From Clostridia bacterium (lineage in GTDB: Bacteria > Bacillota > Clostridia > Oscillospirales > CAG-272), in assembly GCA_017395715.1 (NCBI GenBank), contig JAFQNZ010000211.1:1-54202 (forward strand): a stretch of 54,202 bases of DNA. Reading direction: 5' to 3'. The translations under genes were made by a program, and so were the position numbers. The notes below the pieces were generated by a model. It was not told the origin of the DNA. It searched no databases and saw nothing but the letters and a program-made list of their open reading frames with translations. Shown here one piece after another: positions 7,742-14,442 of this stretch (its first letter is position 1; each line of letters opens with the position of its first letter).

Positions 7742-9469
7742 TTATTCGGGGATTTTCAGGACTTCGCCCGTATGAATGATCGTGTTCTCGATTTCATTCA
7801 GAGCGGCGATTTCCGTCCACCGCCTACCGTCACCGAGCAGGTTCTTGGCAATCTTCCACAGGCTATCGCCACTCTGCACCACATAGCTCGCGTAGGTGGG
7901 CTGTACGGCATTCTCAGCGTACTTCCTACCCGTGAACCAAGACAGCGGTACAGCACCCGTCAGACGGTTCAGGTCGATGCGGTGGTCGATACCCGGCGCA
8001 CCCGCAACCTTGGAGTAGCCATTGCTCGTGTACTGATGCAGATAAATCTTATCGGTGAAAGCCGCGCTCTTGATCTCCCAACCCGTGTACGTTCCCTCGT
8101 TCGCACCCCAGTTGGCAATCCACAGGGTATCGAAGATGGATTCGATCTCACGGTAGGAGGTACGCCAACGATAATCGCCCGTGTACTGACCGATCACCTT
8201 TACGCCGTGCTCACGCAGACGCTTGACATATACCTTGATGAGTTCGCGTTCGACCTCGTAGGTCATGCCATCGGCAAGCTCCTCGGTATCGAGGTAGTAT
8301 ACCTTCGGGTCATAAGGAGCACAGGCGGCGTACATGGCATCGGCCTGTTCGACTGCATCGGCTTCGGATTTGAGTTTCAGATAGTCATACACCGCAAACG
8401 GAAAGCCGCGCTTTTTCAGTTCGACCGCCCACCCCGCAAACTTGGTGTCATCCTTTCCATTCACTCGCGCACGGAGAATGGCGAAGTCATTACCCGCACA
8501 GAACTTGTCCATGTCGATAGCTTCCTGATACACGGAAATATCAGGGATGAAACCGTGAATCGGGTACACAGTCTCATCAGGAACGGTGATCTCAGGCTGT
8601 TCGGGTTCGACCTTCTCAGGCTCGTCCTGGGGCTTGGAATAAGCGGTCAGAGCCGCCATGGACTCCTTGCCGAACTTCCCGTCCACCTCGATCTTCGCGG
8701 CGGTCTGGAACGCTTTCACGCCCTTCTCTGTGTTCTTACCGAACTTACCATCGACCTCACCACAGTCAAAGCCGAGGGCATTCAGGCGGGTTTGCAGTTC
8801 CACCACATCATCGCCCGTCATCATCGGAGAGGTGCGTTTGAGCGTCCTGTCACCGAGCTTCCGAGTGGTAGGCTTGGCTTCGGGCGTGACTGCGGGAGTA
8901 TTATCGGTCACAGAGGAAGCATCACCATAATCAATGAGGGAAGCAGGGAGATAAGCCCACTCAGTCCAAGGCCGCTTCGAGACCTTAGTCTTCACAACGC
9001 CATAGGCGAAACCCTGAGCTTCAACGGCATAGCCATTGCCTACATACACACCAACGTGACCCGACTTGAAAAGCAGTATACCGGGAACATCGGGCATGGT
9101 AGCGATCTTACCGTTCTTACAGCCCTTGGATTTCAGCCAAGAAAGCATACCATTCGCTCCCTTGTCGGGGCATCCGTTCGAGCCATACTTATTCTTGTAT
9201 TCAGCACCGCCGTTCAGGTATTCGAGAACACCTTCGCCGCCGTTTGTCCAGAAGAAGCCTTTAATCAGGCCGATGCAGTCCATGCAGATATGACGGGCGG
9301 CGATATGCTTCTCGTAGGTAGAAGTACGGCTACTGCCGTAATGGGTCGGGTACTGCTTGGTCTTGCTTTTCAGCAGGGACTTGGTACAGATATAAACGCA
9401 CGTTCCGTACCAATACTTCTGTCCTACCATAGAGAGGACGAATGCGATAAACTGTGCTACTTTGAACAT
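7742..9469 (-). CDS. Multidomain endolysin (NlpC/P60, PG_binding_1, GH25 muramidase, LysM)
   Basis: GQKYWYG...CMDCIGLIKG...GHVGVYVG (NlpC/P60). GDDVVELQTRLNALGFDCGEVDGKFG (PG binding). GFIPDISVYQ...DFAILRA (GH25). YVVQSGDSLWKIA...LKIP (LysM). ATG at 9469 follows AAAGGGGTG. Confidence 0.85.
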   Translation of the reverse strand: MFKVAQFIAFVLSMVGQKYWYGTCVYICTKSLLKSKTKQYPTHYGSSRTSTYEKHIAARHICMDCIGLIKGFFWTNGGEGVLEYLNGGAEYKNKYGSNGCPDKGANGMLSWLKSKGCKNGKIATMPDVPGILLFKSGHVGVYVGNGYAVEAQGFAYGVVKTKVSKRPWTEWAYLPASLIDYGDASSVTDNTPAVTPEAKPTTRKLGDRTLKRTSPMMTGDDVVELQTRLNALGFDCGEVDGKFGKNTEKGVKAFQTAAKIEVDGKFGKESMAALTAYSKPQDEPEKVEPEQPEITVPDETVYPIHGFIPDISVYQEAIDMDKFCAGNDFAILRARVNGKDDTKFAGWAVELKKRGFPFAVYDYLKLKSEADAVEQADAMYAACAPYDPKVYYLDTEELADGMTYEVERELIKVYVKRLREHGVKVIGQYTGDYRWRTSYREIESIFDTLWIANWGANEGTYTGWEIKSAAFTDKIYLHQYTSNGYSKVAGAPGIDHRIDLNRLTGAVPLSWFTGRKYAENAVQPTYASYVVQSGDSLWKIAKNLLGDGRRWTEIAALNEIENTIIHTGEVLKIPE

Positions 9470-9492
9470 GATAATCACCCCTTTCTTCGTTC

Positions 9493-9536
9493 AATAAAAG
9501 CCGCCGACAACGCCGAGGTCAACGCTGTCGGCGGCG
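9493..9536 (-). terminator. Intrinsic terminator between holin and endolysin
   Basis: 10-bp stem gccgccgaca / tgtcggcggc. On the minus strand it is followed by TTTTATT. Confidence 0.55.
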
Positions 9537-9545
9537 AAATCATTT

Positions 9546-9791
9546 TTACTTGTTCTCAGCGTTCAGCTGGGCGAGCACTTCATCAGCCTTGATAGCGTTC
9601 TTGGTGAAGGAGTTGTTCTTCCACCAAGCCCACAGGGATGCGCCGAGGGTGAAAGCGTAGGACAGGATTTCCACGACCTGTTCATCCTCGATGGGCAGGG
9701 GATTCTTACCGCTCAGGGTAAGAGCCTGATTGATGAGTGCCACGATGAGCACGATGGTACGAATGATGGTGTCCTTCTTCACAGTATTCAT
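9546..9791 (-). CDS. Holin
   Basis: 81 aa with two hydrophobic segments and a WAWWKNNSFTK motif seen in Gram-positive phage holins. It sits directly upstream of the endolysin. Confidence 0.75.
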   Translation of the reverse strand: MNTVKKDTIIRTIVLIVALINQALTLSGKNPLPIEDEQVVEILSYAFTLGASLWAWWKNNSFTKNAIKADEVLAQLNAENK

Positions 9792-9809
9792 GGTAAGTAC
9801 CTCCTTTTC

Positions 9810-10127
9810 TTACAGTCCGAGCTTGGTCAGGGCGAGAGTCACAAGAGCGGTCACGATGACCGTGATCGCAACGGTGACTACGGTGTCCCATCGCTTACTC
9901 GGCTTTTCCTTGATTTCTTCCAGATCGGTAGCAAGACCATCGACCTTCTTACCAATGTCCTTCTGCTCATGAGCCATAAGCTGAACAGACATAGCAAGGT
10001 CTTTCACGCTCTCTGCGAGGGATTTCAGGTCATTGATCTGATTGAAAGCGGTCTTGATTTGTTCAGTATGCCGAGTGACCCGCTCATCCAGTTCGACATA
10101 CTTTTCCGTCAACTGCTCGTGCGTCAT
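9810..10127 (-). CDS. XhlA-like lysis-associated membrane protein
   Basis: N-terminal coiled coil plus a C-terminal TM segment (WDTVVTVAITVIVTALVTLALTKLGL). It sits upstream of the holin. Confidence 0.55.
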   Translation of the reverse strand: MTHEQLTEKYVELDERVTRHTEQIKTAFNQINDLKSLAESVKDLAMSVQLMAHEQKDIGKKVDGLATDLEEIKEKPSKRWDTVVTVAITVIVTALVTLALTKLGL

Positions 10128-10618
10128 TCATCTGCTACCTCCGTCCAGCCGTATACACCCGGCTCCCACACGTTGCCATCAACGTCCGAGACCCACTTCT
10201 TGTCATTGTGGGTGGTCTTCGCGCCCTTGTCGTAAGCATCGTGAGCACCCACGGGCTGACTCCAAGCGGGGTATTCCACGGAGGGGTCTCCCACTTCAAC
10301 CCACAGGGAGGGGCTTACGTCAGGAGTCCAATCAGCCTGAGTGGTGTGTGCCTGAACGCAACGATAGAGCTTTTTGGCAGAACCTTCGGTTTCACCACCG
10401 TAGGTACGAAGCTGACCCACGGTAGCATTGACACCCACAACCCACGGGGCAAAGGTGTCGATATTCTCGGTCGCGGTCACATCATCGATCATGCCGTTTT
10501 CAGCCATGGTCACGAACGCGATGGAGGAGGTGAGTTCACCCTGCGTAGCTACCTGATCGGCGTGCTGACCTGCGGCCTGAGCACGCGCTACGCGCAGTTC
10601 AATCGGTACTTTAATCAT
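10124..10618 (-). CDS. Putative carbohydrate-binding (CBM5/12-like) protein
   Basis: Two W/Y-rich segments: YRCVQAHTTQADWTPDVSPSLW and HNDKKWVSDVDGNVWEPGVYGW. ATGA overlap with the RT stop. Confidence 0.4.
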   Translation of the reverse strand: MIKVPIELRVARAQAAGQHADQVATQGELTSSIAFVTMAENGMIDDVTATENIDTFAPWVVGVNATVGQLRTYGGETEGSAKKLYRCVQAHTTQADWTPDVSPSLWVEVGDPSVEYPAWSQPVGAHDAYDKGAKTTHNDKKWVSDVDGNVWEPGVYGWTEVADE

Positions 10619-11721
10619 GGTTCTTTCCTTCCTTTCAGATCATAAAAGTAGTGTTCCATGCGTTGCCGTTGGTAGAAGGTGTCACCTCGCTTTGCATTCG
10701 CTCGCCAAGCGATGAAGCTATTGCGTGTTGTTCCTTCTGCGAGCAAACCCGCACGTTCTTTTGCCATGAGTTTCTTCATCTTGCGTCTCTGTTTGCCGAG
10801 CTTCTTACCGTTCATGTACCGCAGGATTCTTCCTGTATCGGCGGCAATGACGAACCGCCAATTCATCATGCGGACACCCTGCTTCAAGGGGTAGAGGGTC
10901 GTTTTCTTATTGAGTTCCAAACCCAACGCTTGAACCTTCTCCTCAATCCGCTTACGGCACTCCTGCAAATAAGACTTGTCAGGATGTATCAGCACAAAAT
11001 CATCCATGTAGCGCAGGTAGTGCTTGATTCTCAGCCGTTCCTTGATGTAATGGTCGAGATCGTCAAGCACCGCCAATTCCACCAACTGACTGATCTGACT
11101 TCCGAGTCCGATACCTGTATCGCCCTCGAAGGAATCAATCACATTGCAAACTGCCTGTGCCGCTCTATCATCCGAAATACGCTTACGAACCGCATTCTTT
11201 GCGACTTCGTGCGAGGTTGAAGGGAAAAACTTCCGAATGTCGCATTTGAGTACCCAACCTTCCGTACCATGCTCCAAGTAATACCTGCGCAGGTGAGCGG
11301 TCATGCGGTCGAGGGTGAAGTCTGTACCCTTTCCCGTCTGACACGCGCCGTTGTCATGTATCAAATGCTCCACCATGTCATTGTATAGACCTGCCATACA
11401 CAGAGCCTTTTGAAACTGACGGTCTCTCAGGCGGGTCGCTACGATCTCCCTTTTCTTCGGTTCATAGACTGTGAAGTGCTGATAGGGACTGATTCTGTAT
11501 TTGCCTTTGAGCAAGTCCTGCCGTAAGTGATAGGTGTTCTTTAGGCCGTTGGCTTCATACCCAACCACACTATCCTTCCACCGCACGTTGCGGCAGGACT
11601 TCTTCAAGGCTTTGTACAGATTTCCGAACTCTATGGCTTTATCAAAATATTGGTCATTCATAAAGGGGTCATGGGTGCTCGGTAGCAAGGCCACCCCGCA
11701 AGGTGCTTGCGTCACCCACAT
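10615..11721 (-). CDS. DGR reverse transcriptase
   Basis: RYMDDFVLI (YxDD box) and IGLGSQISQ ([I/L]GxxxSQ, DGR-RT hallmark). ATG at 11721 is preceded by GAAAGGAGCG. Confidence 0.9.
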   Translation of the reverse strand: MWVTQAPCGVALLPSTHDPFMNDQYFDKAIEFGNLYKALKKSCRNVRWKDSVVGYEANGLKNTYHLRQDLLKGKYRISPYQHFTVYEPKKREIVATRLRDRQFQKALCMAGLYNDMVEHLIHDNGACQTGKGTDFTLDRMTAHLRRYYLEHGTEGWVLKCDIRKFFPSTSHEVAKNAVRKRISDDRAAQAVCNVIDSFEGDTGIGLGSQISQLVELAVLDDLDHYIKERLRIKHYLRYMDDFVLIHPDKSYLQECRKRIEEKVQALGLELNKKTTLYPLKQGVRMMNWRFVIAADTGRILRYMNGKKLGKQRRKMKKLMAKERAGLLAEGTTRNSFIAWRANAKRGDTFYQRQRMEHYFYDLKGRKEP

Positions 11722-11807
11722 TTTTCGCTCCTTTCAGAGACAGGATAATCACTCCTTGTGTGAGTGTACTGCTTTCGGCTCGAAGCCTACTCGAATCGGA
11801 CTTTCTC

Positions 11808-11935
11808 ACAATCGGGCGCGAGACCGTTGGCATTGTTGGCATTGTTGTTGTTCACAGTACCGTCAGAATTGACAAGGCGCACATTGTTGGCGTTCCCAGA
11901 GTTAGGAGTGCGCAACCACCAATTCGCCGCCGAAC
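11808..11935 (-). repeat. DGR template repeat (TR, 11814-11935) with IMH*-like 3' end
   Basis: The coding-strand sense is AAC/AAT-rich (…AAC AAC AAC AAT GCC AAC AAT GCC AAC GGT CTC GCG CCC GAT TGT). It has no start codon and lies between avd and the RT. Confidence 0.9.
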
Positions 11936-11954
11936 TCTCGCTGGTAAATAGTCA

Positions 11955-12377
11955 TTACCCTAATTGGAGTTTAGCCGTGTATCGCGTTTTATCAGACTTC
12001 ATCCAATTTTTCAGTCTGTCATCGGCTTTCAGGACAAGACCCGTCCAGTATTCCACCCGATTAGACTCAATCCCGAATGAGGTATAGGCGAGATCAATCA
12101 GGGAAAGCAGAGCTTCCAAATGACTGTGCGCCTGTACCTGCTGATTTCGGCGATACTCGAAATCGCTGACCGTATCAACGAACACGGCGTTCGCTCTGCG
12201 GACGCAAGTAAGAGCGGCTATACACTCGTCTACAATCGGCTTCGCCATGACCCAACGCGAGGACTTCGGAAACACCTTTTCCGACCTGCAAATCTGAATC
12301 GTGTACGCGCCGAGATTGGCTATGTCATTCAGCACTCCGAGCGTACCGTCACTTCTATCTCCTGTTCTAACACTCAT
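11955..12377 (-). CDS. avd: Avd-like DGR accessory protein (helical bundle)
   Basis: About 140 aa, predicted helical and basic, positioned between the target gene and TR. ATG at 12377 follows AGGAAGG. An alternative TTG lies at 12410. Confidence 0.6.
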   Translation of the reverse strand: MSVRTGDRSDGTLGVLNDIANLGAYTIQICRSEKVFPKSSRWVMAKPIVDECIAALTCVRRANAVFVDTVSDFEYRRNQQVQAHSHLEALLSLIDLAYTSFGIESNRVEYWTGLVLKADDRLKNWMKSDKTRYTAKLQLG

Positions 12378-12410
12378 ATCCTTTACCTTCCTTTGAGATT
12401 GATCTATCAA

Positions 12411-12428
12411 CTGCCCCTAACGGGGCAG
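12411..12428 (-). promoter_or_regulatory. DGR target-site hairpin downstream of VR2
   Basis: ctgcccc-taac-ggggcag has the same loop as 4451-4468, with a compensatory A:T to T:A swap in the stem. Confidence 0.7.
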
Positions 12429-12437
12429 ATTACGGGA

Positions 12438-13568
12438 TTACACGATGGTGCAAGCGGGCGCGAGACCGGAGGCAGAGTAGGCATAGTAGTTGGACACAGT
12501 ACCGTCAGAACGGACAAAGCGCACAATGACGGCGTACCCAGAGCTAGGAGAGCGCAACCACCAATTCGCCGCCGAACCGTCACGATACTTGATGCGGTCA
12601 GCATTGCCAGCACCTTCATAGAAGGGGAACAGCACCGTACCATCGTTCACATCATGACTGCCGAAAATCTCAGCACGGCTCGCAATGTAGAACTCATCGT
12701 TCAGGGTATAAGCCGTACCCTTGGTGATGGTGCTGTCGGGAGCTTCATAGATGTTGTTCGCCGAGCACGGCAGAACCACCTTACCCACCACAGCGAGGAA
12801 GTCCTGATCGAGACCGTTCTTGTAACCCGCCAGAGAGGTCAGCCAAGACGGAGGACGGTCGAACTTGGTCTGCGGAGTCCACACGCTACCTGCGGCGGCA
12901 GAACTATTCAGGAACTGACGCATCGCGCTCTCCTTGTAGTTGTTACTGCCGTAAGAAACGCGCTGAATGCTGTTGATTGCACCCTCACCGAACGTACCGA
13001 GGTTCGTGCCGCCGCTACCTGCGGTAATGGCAACAGATTCAGTAGCCGTGTTCGTGGTACGATTGGCGAAGGACTGCACTTTCAGAGAAGTGATCGCCGT
13101 GCTCTCGTAGCCGTTGATGCGAAGCTGACCACCCGCAGGAACAGCCTGAGTGAGCGTGAACTGATAAGTACCCGCCGCCCAACCACCGTATGCGGAAGCG
13201 AGAATCACGTTGTAAGTACCCGCCGCCAGCTGAGTCTCGGCGTAGTAGAACGCTTCGGGTGCATCGAACTGAGTACCGGGGAGCAGGTCGTGTTGCTGAA
13301 TGGTCATGGTGTGGGCATTCTCGTCATGAACGGATTTCAAATAATCATGCGCCACAACATCAAACAGGCGAGTGCCGTATACGCTGTGATTGACTGCCAG
13401 CTGAGTACCCACAGGCAGAATGTCCTTCGCAATGCCCGAACGCACCGCTTTCTGAATACCTTCCCAAGTGGAAATGTCCACCTGACTGCCGACCGCCTTA
13501 GCGATCTTTGCAAGGTTCTCGTTCATAACGTCCATCTGTTCCTTGGTGGGGAGAAAGAGCTTACTCAT
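12438..13568 (-). CDS. DGR target protein 2 (putative receptor-binding tail fibre protein)
   Basis: 376 aa and last gene of the tail module. The C-terminus ...ANWWLRSPSSGYAVIVRFVRSDGTVSNYYAYSASGLAPACTIV is encoded by VR2. Confidence 0.85.
   Translation of the reverse strand: MSKLFLPTKEQMDVMNENLAKIAKAVGSQVDISTWEGIQKAVRSGIAKDILPVGTQLAVNHSVYGTRLFDVVAHDYLKSVHDENAHTMTIQQHDLLPGTQFDAPEAFYYAETQLAAGTYNVILASAYGGWAAGTYQFTLTQAVPAGGQLRINGYESTAITSLKVQSFANRTTNTATESVAITAGSGGTNLGTFGEGAINSIQRVSYGSNNYKESAMRQFLNSSAAAGSVWTPQTKFDRPPSWLTSLAGYKNGLDQDFLAVVGKVVLPCSANNIYEAPDSTITKGTAYTLNDEFYIASRAEIFGSHDVNDGTVLFPFYEGAGNADRIKYRDGSAANWWLRSPSSGYAVIVRFVRSDGTVSNYYAYSASGLAPACTIV
12450..12577 (-). repeat. DGR variable repeat VR2 (cis target), including the IMH-like end at 12450-12467
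   Basis: 12456-12577 aligns with TR 11814-11935. There are 17 mismatches at TR-adenine positions and one non-adenine mismatch (TR 11876 g vs VR 12518 a). Confidence 0.9.
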
Positions 13569-13571
13569 GAT

Positions 13572-14045
13572 TTAATCCTCCTCGATGTAGAGATAGCCAT
13601 TTTCAAGGCCGAAGCGATAAGCCGTGCCATCGCCATCGTCCACAATGGTCTTGTTCTGACCCATGAAAAACAGGGTGCTATTGCGAAGCAGACATTCCAC
13701 CATGGAGTTCGCCTTGAAGAAGTTGGTGTCGAGTGCTTCGCCGTTGAGGGTCTTCGCCGCAATCGCCGCACCGTTCAGCGTGAAGGTGTCTCCACGGTTG
13801 AAAGCCGCCGTTGCGTAGAATTTCAGGTTTTCGGTCGCGGTGTTCTCGGTGGTCAGCCTGTGAACCATGCCGCTCTTGGAGTAGTTACACTCCAACACAC
13901 AAGCCGCATTCACATCAGCCGCACCAAAGCCCGACCCTTCCTGCTGATAAGCGGTCGTGTCCTCAATGGTGGAGACCACGCCGTTTACCTTGTAGGTTCT
14001 GCCCCCGGAAGGGGGAATTTCATCTTTGTAATGCTTAACCGCCAA
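13572..14045 (-). CDS. Tail-fibre-associated hypothetical protein
   Basis: 157 aa. TTG start at 14045 is preceded by AGGAGGG. Function is suggested by position only. Confidence 0.5.
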   Translation of the reverse strand: MAVKHYKDEIPPSGGRTYKVNGVVSTIEDTTAYQQEGSGFGAADVNAACVLECNYSKSGMVHRLTTENTATENLKFYATAAFNRGDTFTLNGAAIAAKTLNGEALDTNFFKANSMVECLLRNSTLFFMGQNKTIVDDGDGTAYRFGLENGYLYIEED

Positions 14046-14442
14046 TGTTCTTCCCTCCTAACGTGAATTGAAGTTTCGGTATTCCGGCCTTCTGACCATG
14101 GAATGCCTTGTAGAGAAGCAGATGGTTGTTCTCGATAGCGTTCAGTTCGCTCGCCGTCCAACCCGCACCATTGCTCGCATAAAGCCGCATGGACTTCGCA
14201 CCTGAAGGAGAGTAGCAATTCTCCAACAGGGCTTTCGTGGCGTTGACCACGTTGTTGAAGAAGGAAACTCGCGGATAGCCCGACATACTCGCGCTCTCCA
14301 AGGAAGGAGCGGTGTAGTCTGCATACATCGTCTTGCTCAGGGCAAGCAGATATTCGATGTTTCCCTTGATGCGGTTGTAATCAGGGTTGATGTTGAAATA
14401 ATCGCCGTCAACCCAATTCGTTTTCGGTGTTACCCAAGCCAT
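14035..14442 (-). CDS. Tail-module hypothetical protein
   Basis: 135 aa, translationally coupled (TAATG). The N-terminus is MAWVTPKTNWVDGDYFNINPDYNRIKGNIEYL. Confidence 0.5.
   Translation of the reverse strand: MAWVTPKTNWVDGDYFNINPDYNRIKGNIEYLLALSKTMYADYTAPSLESASMSGYPRVSFFNNVVNATKALLENCYSPSGAKSMRLYASNGAGWTASELNAIENNHLLLYKAFHGQKAGIPKLQFTLGGKNIGG

Larger units (their letters stand above)
10615..13568 (-). mobile_element. Diversity-generating retroelement cassette (target/VR2 - avd - TR - RT)
   Basis: See the component features. The TR/VR mismatches are adenine-specific. Confidence 0.9.

Noticed and set aside
9400-9478. The hydrophobic N-terminus of the endolysin (FKVAQFIAFVLSMVG) considered as a SAR or signal sequence.
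   Set aside because: The segment runs straight into the GQKYWYG motif. It corresponds to the first amphipathic helix of NlpC/P60 domains, and a dedicated holin is present.
11722-11813. The spacer between TR and the RT start considered as a defined structured Sp RNA element.
   Set aside because: Possible pairings exist (GTGAG...CTCAC enclosing GGCTTCGAGCC), but they are short and mutually exclusive. I cannot evaluate the folding energy by eye, so this is left as a note under the DGR finding.
11808-11935. TR interpreted as a pseudogene fragment of the target gene.
   Set aside because: It has no start codon. It sits in the canonical avd-TR-RT position. It differs from both VRs essentially only at its own adenines, which is the signature of a template and not of decay.
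12518-12518. A single non-adenine TR/VR mismatch (TR 11876 g vs VR2 a) considered as evidence against DGR activity.
   Set aside because: It is one of 18 differences. Occasional non-A changes are common in DGR VRs through ordinary mutation after homing. My hand alignment could also be checked computationally.
12120-14066. A 648-aa plus-strand ORF, and similar long antisense ORFs (37..1002+, 7739..9592+, 15630..16715+, 27137..29179+, 29731..31194+, 39685..41340+, 44931..46841+, 49273..50739+, 33212..34414-).
   Set aside because: Each lies exactly opposite a minus-strand (or, for 33212..34414, a plus-strand) gene with clear motifs and an RBS. Their translations are low-complexity and Arg/Gly/Val/His-rich, with no SD sequence. 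They are shadow ORFs produced by codon bias.
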